Shown piece after piece: positions 9,941-19,048 of a DNA stretch of 64,000 bases. The number at the start of each line of letters is the position of its first letter. Position 1 is the stretch's first letter. The stretch lies in NCBI GenBank assembly GCA_963675295.2, contig CAXXKJ010000002.1, positions 640,001 to 704,000 on the forward strand, in the 5' to 3' direction. The stretch is from a bacterium. Its GTDB lineage: Bacteria > Electryoneota > Electryoneia > Electryoneales > Electryoneaceae. The translations under genes and the position numbers were made by a program. Below the pieces are notes generated by a model. That model worked only from the letters and a program-made list of their open reading frames with translations. It was not told the origin of the DNA and ran no database searches.

Positions 9941-9960
9941 AAATGACCACCCCCTTTCGA

Positions 9961-10719
9961 TCAGTTTGGCGACAGGAAGTACTGCGACACACGACGGTTC
10001 AGGTTTTCAGCGCTGAAACGTTCCTGCTTGGTAAGCACGTCAGTTGCTGCGTTGTACACACCCCAAGCCGTATCATCTTCGATACCGTTGAACACCTTCG
10101 CCTGGGTGGTGATCGGCAGGTTGGTTTCGCGGAAGAACTTCTGGATGTCAGCGCGGCGCATCCGCTTATGGGTAAGATCGACCAACATCGGCAGCACCAT
10201 GTGCAGACGATTACCAACACGATCCAACTGACGAGCTGCCACACGCATTTCGCGGTCGAAGTTCTGGCTACCCCAGTGTTTGAAGCGGAATCCGCCAAGC
10301 ATGAACGACAGCATCATGCCATTGCTGCAGACCAGTCGAACGGCGTTGAATTCCAACCCGAAGGTTGTACTACCGTCGTAGGAATTGACCGCATCCAGCG
10401 TACACGCGACAACATCACCCACCTTGACTTCACCCGTGGTCTGTGTCAGCAGATACCGCTGCCGAAGCTTCTTCCCATTCCACAACGTCTGATGTTCTTC
10501 GACGGGCATTCCCGTTCGGTTCAACAGGTCTTCTGCGACTTGCACAACCTCGCTGTTTTTCACGAGCTTGTACTCGGGGGAAACAACACCCACTTCCGTG
10601 GCATCAGCATTGGGATTCAACACTACAGCCAAACGGCTGCTGTGATCCCCGTTCGCCCTGCGAAGTGGTTGAAGTTCAACTGGTGCAAACGGCGATAGCG
10701 CCGTCTTTGAATCGGTCAT
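9961..10719 (-). CDS. DUF932/DUF945 family phage/plasmid protein
   Basis: VGVVSPEYKLVKN, NSYDGS, RLVCSNGM, TAWGVYNAATD motifs; SD AGGAGG. Confidence 0.85.
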   Translation of the reverse strand: MTDSKTALSPFAPVELQPLRRANGDHSSRLAVVLNPNADATEVGVVSPEYKLVKNSEVVQVAEDLLNRTGMPVEEHQTLWNGKKLRQRYLLTQTTGEVKVGDVVACTLDAVNSYDGSTTFGLEFNAVRLVCSNGMMLSFMLGGFRFKHWGSQNFDREMRVAARQLDRVGNRLHMVLPMLVDLTHKRMRRADIQKFFRETNLPITTQAKVFNGIEDDTAWGVYNAATDVLTKQERFSAENLNRRVSQYFLSPN

Positions 10720-10756
10720 ACGTCCTCCTGTTTGCTTTGTTCGGGTTCACGTTCTT

Positions 10757-11428
10757 ATGCCGGAAAACAGAACGATGATGCACTACCACTACATCGACGC
10801 TCCCGATTCGCCACACCGAAGTGTGATCGAAATGGATCCGTCGAACATGCCGGGGATGCCGTATGGCGCCATCGAATGGGTGTACGATCCGGAATCCACC
10901 GATGCGGACTTCATTTCGAACCGGCTTGAGGAAATTCAACCGTTCGTGCGGAATGGAATCTTGGTCATGCAGGGCGTGTTTGATCCAGGGACTGTTATCA
11001 CCGTCGCGCTTCGTAAGGATCACGTACTGGAAGATGTTGTCCTGGATAAAGTGCATAGCCTGCATGAACTCGCGAATGAAAATGGGATGCTGTACTGGAT
11101 TCTGGTTGGTCGAACAGGGGCGTTTGACCTTAAGGCGCATGTGGAAAGTGACACGGAAGGTAGGATTGCGAAAATACGGTCAATACTTCAAGATCTGGAT
11201 GTGCGCGACTATCTGACCAACGAACTGCGGATAGAACACCAAGCTCCGCCTGTTCGGGAAGAAGACTATCCACCGGTGATGGATCTGGAAATGGCGGCGA
11301 GGTATCTTTCGATCAGCGAATCGACGCTGTACAAGATAGACAAGATGCTGTTACCCCGGACCGCGCAGGGTCGATTTCGGAAATCGGACCTGGATGCGTA
11401 TCTTGAAAAGACGATGAGGCGCCGATGA
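10757..11428 (+). CDS. Protein with C-terminal Xis/HTH_17-like DNA-binding domain
   Basis: C-terminus MDLEMAARYLSISESTLYK...GRFRKSDLDAYL; adjacent to the att site. Start uncertain. Confidence 0.7.
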   Translation: MPENRTMMHYHYIDAPDSPHRSVIEMDPSNMPGMPYGAIEWVYDPESTDADFISNRLEEIQPFVRNGILVMQGVFDPGTVITVALRKDHVLEDVVLDKVHSLHELANENGMLYWILVGRTGAFDLKAHVESDTEGRIAKIRSILQDLDVRDYLTNELRIEHQAPPVREEDYPPVMDLEMAARYLSISESTLYKIDKMLLPRTAQGRFRKSDLDAYLEKTMRRR

Positions 11429-11475
11429 CTATCTGCTGTGAAGCCAGTGTTGATGCCCCCGAGAGGCTCGGGAGA

Positions 11476-11530
11476 TTTGCCAAATATGTGCCAAGTCCGC
11501 CGAAAAATCAGGCAAAATCAGGAAAATCTG
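11476..11530 (+). repeat. Short direct repeats, probable integrase arm / Xis binding sites
   Basis: TGCCAA x2 and AAAATCAGG / AAAATCAGG / AAAATCTGG about 100-150 bp inside the att core. Confidence 0.45.
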
Positions 11531-11624
11531 GTCGGAATAATCGGATGTCTGAAACGTCGTAACTAGTAGCTATTTTTGTTTTTGTGTGGTTATTACTGCA
11601 CATCCAGACGAGCCGGAAAACTGC

Positions 11625-11652
11625 CGGGGTTCGACTCCCTGATCCCCAGCCA
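11625..11652 (+). other. Duplicated tRNA-Gln 3' fragment (att site, right junction)
   Basis: CGGGG-TTCGACT-CCCTG-ATCCCCA-G-CCA = T-arm, acceptor strand and CCA. The CCCCAGCCA end is typical of bacterial tRNA-Gln. No 5' half is present upstream. Confidence 0.8.
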
Positions 11653-11657
11653 CTATT

Positions 11658-11690
11658 GAGGGCTCACGCAGAAGCGTGAGCCCTTTTCTC
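11658..11690 (+). terminator. Intrinsic terminator (native tRNA terminator)
   Basis: GAGGGCTCACGC-AGAA-GCGTGAGCCCTT followed by TTCTC, directly after the tRNA fragment. Confidence 0.8.
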
Positions 11691-12195
11691 TTGCGCTGCG
11701 CTAGTATCTGACAAGCAGTCCATCAATCACTTAACGTGTCACCGCTTCAGTATACGCTTGAAGGCAGTGCCACGAACGCATTTGCCCACCTTTCATTGCC
11801 TGGTTTATAGCTGCAATGTAAGACTCTCCTAACTCCAGGTTGTTATAATAACATCACGAGGTTAGCTAAAGTATCGTGTCTCTAGATTAGATTAATATCT
11901 GAAGCAAGATAGAACATTTACAACTATTTCATTTTCATATTAAAACGCTTTCCCCCACATCAACTTCCGCAAACAGATGATCGACACGTCTTCCTGCACA
12001 GAAGATGGTCGATTTCATCATTGTCGTTCCTGTTAACAAGCTTCACGCAAGCTTTGATCGAATGAATCAGGTCGTATTACGCCTGAGACGATCGAATTTT
12101 CACGTTCAGCAAAGCAAGCAGGGACAGTTGCGCGACGTACTCGCCGTCGTGCTGGTGAAATACCTCAGGGTACCATCCTTGGGGGGAAAAGAGTG

Positions 12196-12336
12196 ATGTG
12201 AATTGCGATTGTAGTGCTGTTGATGGCGTTACTACCAGCCATGGCGTTCAGCCAGGCTTGGATTGAACATACCGTAGATGGTGAGTTTGAGGGGGCACGT
12301 TGCGCGTATGTGGCGATTGTTACGTCGTGCCAGTGA
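12196..12336 (+). pseudogene. Truncated 5' remnant of an FG-GAP secreted-protein paralog
   Basis: ATG TGA ATT GCG ATT GTA GTG CTG TTG gives M*IAIVVLLMALLPAMAFSQAWIEHTVDGEFEGARC, matching the next gene's MRIASVVLLVGLLP...WNEHTVVGDFNGATC. Confidence 0.7.
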
Positions 12337-12406
12337 AGCGTCTCAAACGAGTGAAAGCGGAGATCTGGTTTTTGCTCTGTGCGAGGCAACCAAGGGGGGT
12401 AGAACG

Positions 12407-14221
12407 ATGCGTATTGCAAGTGTAGTGCTGTTGGTTGGTTTGCTGCCGTGTCTGGTGATGGGTGAGCTCTGGAACGAACACACCGTGGTTGGTGACTTCA
12501 ACGGTGCCACTTGTGTTTGCGCGGCAGACGTGGATGGCGACGGCGACATGGACGTAATCGGTGTCGCATATGTAGGCGCGGATATCACTTGGTGGGAGAA
12601 TGCGGATGGCACAGGTTCCAACTGGATTGAACACGTGGTGGATTATGGTTTCGTTGGTGCACGAAGCGTTTATACAACCGATCTGGATGGTGACGGTGAT
12701 TTGGATATACTTGGCGCAGCGAGCGTGGATGACTTCAGTTGGTGGGAGAACCTGGATGGCACAGGCCTGAACTGGTCTGAACACGTGGTGTATAATCCGG
12801 TGCCAAATGCACTCGGAGTCAGTGTATATGCCGAAGATCTGGACAACGATGGTGACATGGACATACTCGGCGCGGAAAGTGGCACCGACCACATCACCTG
12901 GTGGGAGAACGTGGATGGTACAGGTTTAACCTTGTCTGCACACACAGTGGACGGAGAATTTGATGGAGCAAATTCTGTTTATGCCGAAGATGTGGATGGT
13001 GATGGCGACATGGACGTGCTCGGTGCAGCCTTCAGTGAGGATCAAATCGCCTGGTGGGAAAACACGGATGGTACAGGTATGAACTGGTCTGAACACATCG
13101 TGAGAACTTCCTTCGATGGTGCCGTCAATGTTTATGCCGAAGACTTGGATGGCGACGGCGACATGGATGTACTCAGCGGCGCATACAATGATTCTGAAAT
13201 TAGCTGGTGGGAGAATACGAATGGCACGGGCCTGACTTGGTCTGAACACGATGTGGCACCCATGTACCATGTAAATCATGTCTGTTCCGAAGACATTGAT
13301 GGTGACGGTGATATGGATCTGCTCGCTGTGGCGGGAGAAGGGGCAGATTTTCTGTCCTGGTGGGAGAACCTGGATGGCACAGGTCTGAATTGGACAGAAC
13401 ATTTGGTTGATAGCGATTTTACCAACGGTTTTTATACGTGCTCAGCCGATGTGGATGCCGATGGTTTAATGGACATTTTGGGTGCTGCCAGGGATGATGA
13501 CGACATCTCCTGGTGGGAGCAATATTTTCCAGTCGAGGTATCGCTTTCCGCCATCAGCTATCCAGTCTTGATCCCGTCGGTTGGCGGTCCTTTCTGGTAT
13601 TCGATTGAGCTCACAAACCAGATGAATACTATTGTCCAGGGTGTTTTCATCACCGAAGCCATACTACCCAGCGGCTATACGTACGGCCCGATGCTGAGCT
13701 TCAACCTGGCACTCGCGGGTGGACAGGTGCTTCCATCACCGTTACTGCAAGTGGATGTACCGGCGTTTGCGCCGGTCGGGGTGTATGAGTTTCACGCCAT
13801 CTTCTCTCCATTCGTACCAAGTGGATATGAACACAGCGATTTCTTTGAATTTGAGAAGCTGTCCGCTCCGTCGGCGGCTCCAGTCGTGAGTGAGTGGGGT
13901 TACACGCCTTGGGCGGAAATGGAAACGGTGGTTTCATCCAATCCGGAACTGCCGGATGAGTTCACTGTTTCGCAGGCCTGTCCGAATCCGTTTAACCCGT
14001 CGACGGTGATCTCGGTATCTCTGCCGGAGACGGCGGATCTGACGGTGATCGCGTACAACGTCGCGGGGCAACAAGTCGCTGAACTCGCAGCTGGTCAGTA
14101 TGCTGCGGGAACGCATTTGCTTACATTCGACGCTTCCAGCCTCGCCGGTGGACTGTACTTCATTCGTGCGACAGTTCCCGGCAAGCTCGATCAGGTGCAG
14201 AAGGTGATGCTGGTGAAGTAA
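12407..14221 (+). CDS. Secreted FG-GAP/VCBS repeat beta-propeller protein with T9SS type A / FlgD-like CTD
   Basis: Signal peptide, about 7 repeats DxDGDGDMD...WWEN spaced about 150-159 nt, Ig-like domain, CTD PNPFNP...GLYFIRATVPG...KVMLVK. Confidence 0.9.
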   Translation: MRIASVVLLVGLLPCLVMGELWNEHTVVGDFNGATCVCAADVDGDGDMDVIGVAYVGADITWWENADGTGSNWIEHVVDYGFVGARSVYTTDLDGDGDLDILGAASVDDFSWWENLDGTGLNWSEHVVYNPVPNALGVSVYAEDLDNDGDMDILGAESGTDHITWWENVDGTGLTLSAHTVDGEFDGANSVYAEDVDGDGDMDVLGAAFSEDQIAWWENTDGTGMNWSEHIVRTSFDGAVNVYAEDLDGDGDMDVLSGAYNDSEISWWENTNGTGLTWSEHDVAPMYHVNHVCSEDIDGDGDMDLLAVAGEGADFLSWWENLDGTGLNWTEHLVDSDFTNGFYTCSADVDADGLMDILGAARDDDDISWWEQYFPVEVSLSAISYPVLIPSVGGPFWYSIELTNQMNTIVQGVFITEAILPSGYTYGPMLSFNLALAGGQVLPSPLLQVDVPAFAPVGVYEFHAIFSPFVPSGYEHSDFFEFEKLSAPSAAPVVSEWGYTPWAEMETVVSSNPELPDEFTVSQACPNPFNPSTVISVSLPETADLTVIAYNVAGQQVAELAAGQYAAGTHLLTFDASSLAGGLYFIRATVPGKLDQVQKVMLVK

Positions 14222-14257
14222 AACGGTCGAAAGGAGAGGGGATCAGTAACATTGACT

Positions 14258-14292
14258 ACGGCCGCGTCCATCTGTTTATAGATGCGGCCGTA
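14258..14292. terminator. Hairpin / probable terminator
   Basis: TACGGCCGCGTC...GATGCGGCCGTA inverted repeat after the stop codon. Confidence 0.5.
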
Positions 14293-14432
14293 ATGACTCC
14301 ATGACGACGGGCGAACCGGAGACGTCCCTGCTGGTTTTTCATCCAATCTGCGCCCGGGAGCTGCCCACCAGCATCTTTCTTCCCGTATACTTAGAGCAGG
14401 CCTCGTTCGCAGACCTCATTTGTGGAGACCCC

Positions 14433-17400
14433 ATGTTTCGTATGCGCGTTGCTGCATACGGTTTGATCGTGTTTGCCCTGCTCCAGACTGCCCAACTTCA
14501 CGCACAGATCACCGAAACCGGCTCGTTCCGGTCGTTCATCCTCGGCAACGAACCCGCCGCCGCGTACGACAACTGGATTTCGCACACGGTGGAAGGGCTG
14601 GCCGTGCCTGGCGGCTACAACCACCACATGCCGCCGCAATTTGACCGGCAGACGACCGGTTTCGGCAGTTTCGAGCTGATCAGCGACGACGACGCGCCCG
14701 CCGAAAGCCTGTTCTGGCGGCAGGTTTTCACCCACATGTGGAACGATGACCTTGCGGCCGCGCAGGCGTTGTTCAGTTCGCAGGGGCGTCCGTTCGATGC
14801 GGTTTATTTCAACGACACCGAGACTGGCCGTACGTTCCGCATGGTGCGTGAGCAGCTCAACGAAAGCTATGTCGATACCGGGTTTTTCGCCGGACCGGAC
14901 GATGACGTGATCGGCAGTTTCGACAAGGGCTGGGGGCTGTTTGTCTTCAATCCGGAAGCGGCGATTCCGTGGGCGCACGCGCAAGTGGTACACATCAACG
15001 ACGACTTCATCGCGCCGCCGTTAACTACAGATCTGTTCCTCGACGGCGACCTCGGGGTTTTATCGATGAACGGGACCGGTCGTGAAGTGCGTTGGGTGGA
15101 CGGCGAAGACTACAACAACTCGCGGTCGTTGTCGGATCCGTCCCGTAACGGACGCCTGCCGGTGCAGTGGTTCACGCAGTTTGTCATCGACACGTTGCGC
15201 GCCCAGGGGATGACCGACCTCACCATCCAGTTTCACAGCTACGACAGTGAATCGCACCTGACAGAACCGACGATCCAGATCAGCGGCGGCCCGTTGGACG
15301 CTTTCCCCAATCGTGGCGCGCGAGATATCTCCGGACAGGGGTATGACTGGGTGAATTTCGCTCCGACCGTCGTTGTTCCAGCGGATTATTCGATGCCGGG
15401 GCAGGCGGAAGTACTGGTGCAGAATTACTTCGCAGTCTGGCGCGGGTTTGGCTTGATGCACCTCGAGAGCGGGGTGGAGATCCCGCGGAACGTACAGCTG
15501 ACTGGGTACGGCGACAGCCCGCAGATGGCGTCAGCGTGGGAGGGGGTCAACCGCTACGAAACGTTTGACCGCTGGCTGCACGTCGAGTTCGACGAACTCC
15601 CAAACCCGATCGCGGCGGCGGAATACACCGAGCTGGATTTCTTCATGGGCACCGCACCGCCGACCGAGGAAAACTGGGACGCGTTGCTGCGGTACTATGA
15701 AGCGTCGAACGATGCTTTGGTCGCGTACCTGCATGACGTCGAGAACACGCAGGACACGACTCCGCCCTCGACGGCGGCCGGGTTGTCGGTGTACTACGTG
15801 GCGGACGATTTCGTTGAGCTGACTTGGTCGCAGGCGTCACTCGATCCGAATTTCGCGACGTACGAGATCTATTACGGCACCGCGGACGAGATCGACACGA
15901 CAAACACGTTGTGGAATTTCAGCAACGACCCGGATCTCGTCGGGCAGAACATTCGGTTCACCAGCGTCAACGGTCTGGATTTCAACCAGGACTATGGTTT
16001 CCGAGTTCGTGGGCTGGACCTGTTCGGGCTGGCAGGACCGTTGACGGAAACTGTCCGCGCGATCACCGTTGAGGGCGATCAGGCTCCATTGCCTTTCTCG
16101 CTGATCTCGCCGCTGGACGCCGACACCTGCTTCACGCTCGACACGACGCTGGTCTGGCAGTCGACCACTGATCCCGACCTGTACGACGTCCCGCATTACG
16201 ATGTTTGGATGGACACGTTGCCGGACCTTTCCACCGCGTGGCAACTCGAGGACGCCGACAGCCTAGCCGACACGACCTTCGCCGTCGAAGATCTGATGAA
16301 CCGGCGCACGCTGTTCTGGTCAGTGCGTGCCACGGACCGTAATACGGAGGGGACGTGGGCCAACGAAATCAACTCGCTGGTGACATGGATGCCGCTGCCG
16401 CCGGCTGATTTCACACTCAAGTATCCGCGTGATCGGGAAACGCTGTACGACGTTACTTCGACGCCAATCCGCTGGCGTTCGACGGTGAGCCAGAATGATC
16501 CGGACTGGGAGATCACCTACCGGCTGATATTCGGGCGTGATGCGGCCTTTGCGGACGCCGACACGTTCCAGACGCAGGACACGACGTGGACGGTGGACGA
16601 TCTGGAATTGAACCACACCTACTGGTACAATGTGTACGCCCACGATCAGATCGACACGGTGCGTTGCGAGTCGGTGTGGCGGTTTTACGTCTGGAGCCAT
16701 CCGATCCCGAACTTCAGCCTCGTGTTGCCGGAGCTTGGCGCACGTGTCGGCAGCGGCGAGGTGACGGTCACGTGGGAAGAACCGGCCCCGGCGCGGGTTG
16801 ACGCCACGCAAACCCATCATCGGCAGATGCAAACGGACTCCATCACTCCGGCGGTCGAAGGGCGAGTGACCCGTCTGTCGAAGCAACGCAAGCACAGCGG
16901 CAAGGGGATTCCGTTTGACGGCGGGCAGGGCTGGGCGTCTATTGATGCCCAGGGCGGACCGGACGATTTCGGCCACCTGTGGATCGACAACGGCGATTAC
17001 GGCGGCCCGCTGTTCGACTGGATAGAGATCAGTGAGACCGGCACCCTGTCGTCAGTGTCCGACACCGACGACGGCACCGAATCGGTCGAGTTGCCGTTCA
17101 CCTTCCCGTATTACGGCGGCGAGTACGACACGCTGGTGATCAGCAGCAACGGGAACGCACATTTCGGCACGCCGGACGATGGCTGGCAACATTACACCAT
17201 TCCGAGCGCGGATGGTCCGGCGGGCATCCTCGCGCCGTGGTGGATGGACCTGCGGCCGAATGTGCGCGGAACGATTTTCTATCAGGCGTTTGACGACTAT
17301 TTCGTCGTGCAGTGGGACAACTGCCAGGAGTACAGCCACCCGTTGTGGTCGTATACCTTCCAGCTGATACTCTACCCCAACGGCCGGATCAAATTCCAGT

Positions 17401-18923
17401 ACGAGCACATGTTCGGCGGGTTGGCAGATGCGACCATCGGCATCGAAAACCTCGCCGAGGATGACGGTCTGCTGGTCGCGTTTGACGCGCCGTACATCGA
17501 CAACCATTTCGCCATCCTGTTCACGTTCGAGGACTGGCTGTACGATGTTGAATGGGCAGCCGATCCAGCGTTCATGAACCCTCTGTCCACCTGGACCTTC
17601 GACACCGAATACACCATTGACGAAGTGATCCTGCTGCGCTTGTTCAACGCCGGCGAGCTGGATGAACTCCCGGACGATCTGACCGTGTTCTGGCGAGTCA
17701 ACACGATGAACTTGTACAGCCAGATGGCGTGGGCGGATCCGGGCGTGATGGGGCGCAGCTTCATGGTCTACATCCAGGAACCGCCGGACACGTTCGAGCT
17801 GATTCAACCGCCGGATGAGGCCGTGGTGGAACAGGATACGGTGACCGTCTGGTGGCATTCGACCACCGATCCAGACCCGTTGGACACACTAAGCTACGTT
17901 GTCGAATGGTCGGCTGTCGAGGACGAGTTCCTGCCGGAGAACAGCGCAGTTGTCAGCGACACGTTCTTCACCATTACCGAGCTGCAGCAGTTGGTTCAGA
18001 CGCCGCGTCACGGTGGGGCGGAGGCGAAGGTTCAGGCGGATGTGGTCGAGCTGCCGCGGGGTAAACGGGACAAGGTGCGGGGCAAGGCGGGTGCGTCCGT
18101 GGCGGCGGTGAATCCGTCGGAACAGAACGGTCTGCCGGTAGAACCAGGCGAGAACGAGATCGACGAACTCCCGGACGATTCGTATCTCTACTGGCGTGTG
18201 CGCGCGCGGGATCAGGCGGGGAACGAAACGTGGCCCGCGCATGGCGAGACGCCGTGGCGGTTCTACGTGCAGGTGCCGGAACCGCCGGACCCGTTCGTTT
18301 TGCTGGCGCCGGAAGACGGCGACACGCTGTCCGAGCTGGAGGTGAGCGCGTTGACGTTTTCGTGGGAGGAGTCGGTCGATCCCGACCCGGACGAGGAGGT
18401 GGTGTACGGTCTGCGGGTGCAGGTGCAGGTGGGAACGAGCATCGACACGACGCTGCTGTACACCGGCTTGACTGAACCGTCATATACGTTGAACCTCGCG
18501 GACACGCTGGGTATCGGCGAGTGGGAGGACTGGTGGACGGTCGGCTGGGTTGTTGGCGCGGTGTCGGCAGGGGATACGACGCTCTGCGATGATCCGTTCG
18601 GCTTCCTCGTCGCGCCGTACCTGTCGGTGTATGACAGCGAGTTTACTGGCATCCCGGACGAGTTCTCGATCGCGCGGATCTACCCGAACCCGTTCAACCC
18701 GGTGACCAATGTGGTGGTCGGTATTCCGCACGCCAGTGACGTCCGTGTCGCGGTGTACAACGTGCTCGGACGGCGGGTGCAGACGGTTCGGCTGGATCGT
18801 GCAACGCCCGGCTATCACACGATCTCGCTGGACGGCCACACGCTCGCAAGTGGCATCTACTTCGTGCAGGTGACCGTTCCCGGCCAACTCAACGAGGTGC
18901 GCAAGGTTGTGCTGGTGAGATAG
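14433..18923 (+). CDS. Large multidomain surface protein (uncharacterised N-domain, FN3/Ig repeats, NIDO-like domain, T9SS-type CTD)
   Basis: Signal peptide from ATG 14433; FN3 (DTTPP...LTW...YGFRVRGLD); repeated P.F.L..P...W..STDPD units; GGPDDFG..WID domain; YPNPFNP CTD. Confidence 0.85.
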   Translation: MFRMRVAAYGLIVFALLQTAQLHAQITETGSFRSFILGNEPAAAYDNWISHTVEGLAVPGGYNHHMPPQFDRQTTGFGSFELISDDDAPAESLFWRQVFTHMWNDDLAAAQALFSSQGRPFDAVYFNDTETGRTFRMVREQLNESYVDTGFFAGPDDDVIGSFDKGWGLFVFNPEAAIPWAHAQVVHINDDFIAPPLTTDLFLDGDLGVLSMNGTGREVRWVDGEDYNNSRSLSDPSRNGRLPVQWFTQFVIDTLRAQGMTDLTIQFHSYDSESHLTEPTIQISGGPLDAFPNRGARDISGQGYDWVNFAPTVVVPADYSMPGQAEVLVQNYFAVWRGFGLMHLESGVEIPRNVQLTGYGDSPQMASAWEGVNRYETFDRWLHVEFDELPNPIAAAEYTELDFFMGTAPPTEENWDALLRYYEASNDALVAYLHDVENTQDTTPPSTAAGLSVYYVADDFVELTWSQASLDPNFATYEIYYGTADEIDTTNTLWNFSNDPDLVGQNIRFTSVNGLDFNQDYGFRVRGLDLFGLAGPLTETVRAITVEGDQAPLPFSLISPLDADTCFTLDTTLVWQSTTDPDLYDVPHYDVWMDTLPDLSTAWQLEDADSLADTTFAVEDLMNRRTLFWSVRATDRNTEGTWANEINSLVTWMPLPPADFTLKYPRDRETLYDVTSTPIRWRSTVSQNDPDWEITYRLIFGRDAAFADADTFQTQDTTWTVDDLELNHTYWYNVYAHDQIDTVRCESVWRFYVWSHPIPNFSLVLPELGARVGSGEVTVTWEEPAPARVDATQTHHRQMQTDSITPAVEGRVTRLSKQRKHSGKGIPFDGGQGWASIDAQGGPDDFGHLWIDNGDYGGPLFDWIEISETGTLSSVSDTDDGTESVELPFTFPYYGGEYDTLVISSNGNAHFGTPDDGWQHYTIPSADGPAGILAPWWMDLRPNVRGTIFYQAFDDYFVVQWDNCQEYSHPLWSYTFQLILYPNGRIKFQYEHMFGGLADATIGIENLAEDDGLLVAFDAPYIDNHFAILFTFEDWLYDVEWAADPAFMNPLSTWTFDTEYTIDEVILLRLFNAGELDELPDDLTVFWRVNTMNLYSQMAWADPGVMGRSFMVYIQEPPDTFELIQPPDEAVVEQDTVTVWWHSTTDPDPLDTLSYVVEWSAVEDEFLPENSAVVSDTFFTITELQQLVQTPRHGGAEAKVQADVVELPRGKRDKVRGKAGASVAAVNPSEQNGLPVEPGENEIDELPDDSYLYWRVRARDQAGNETWPAHGETPWRFYVQVPEPPDPFVLLAPEDGDTLSELEVSALTFSWEESVDPDPDEEVVYGLRVQVQVGTSIDTTLLYTGLTEPSYTLNLADTLGIGEWEDWWTVGWVVGAVSAGDTTLCDDPFGFLVAPYLSVYDSEFTGIPDEFSIARIYPNPFNPVTNVVVGIPHASDVRVAVYNVLGRRVQTVRLDRATPGYHTISLDGHTLASGIYFVQVTVPGQLNEVRKVVLVR

Positions 18924-18979
18924 CTTCGAGTTCCATGGCTGGTGAGTTGTGGTTTCCAGCTGTGCAGACTGTGAAAGAC

Positions 18980-19011
18980 AACCCGCCGAGTTTCTAAGTT
19001 CGGCGGGTTTC
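18980..19011. terminator. Bidirectional terminator between convergent genes
   Basis: AACCCGCCGAG...TTCGGCGGGTTT hairpin. Confidence 0.6.
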
Positions 19012-19048
19012 CTCGCACAGAAACTTCCCGTGTACCCCACTGTCCGGG

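Larger units (their letters stand above)
1..11652. mobile_element. tRNA-Gln-targeting integrative element / defence island (right part)
   Basis: att-like tRNA 3' duplication, Xis-like gene, DUF932-nuclease module, type I R-M and PHP-ATPase cargo. No integrase in this window. Confidence 0.75.

Noticed and set aside
11580-11652. Intact tRNA gene
   Set aside because: Only the T-arm and acceptor 3' strand are present; no 5' acceptor strand, D-arm or anticodon arm.
12530-13520. Regular TGGTGGGAGAA repeats as a CRISPR array or DGR
   Set aside because: They are in-frame FG-GAP coding repeats (~50 aa); no reverse transcriptase and no adenine-specific TR/VR pair seen.
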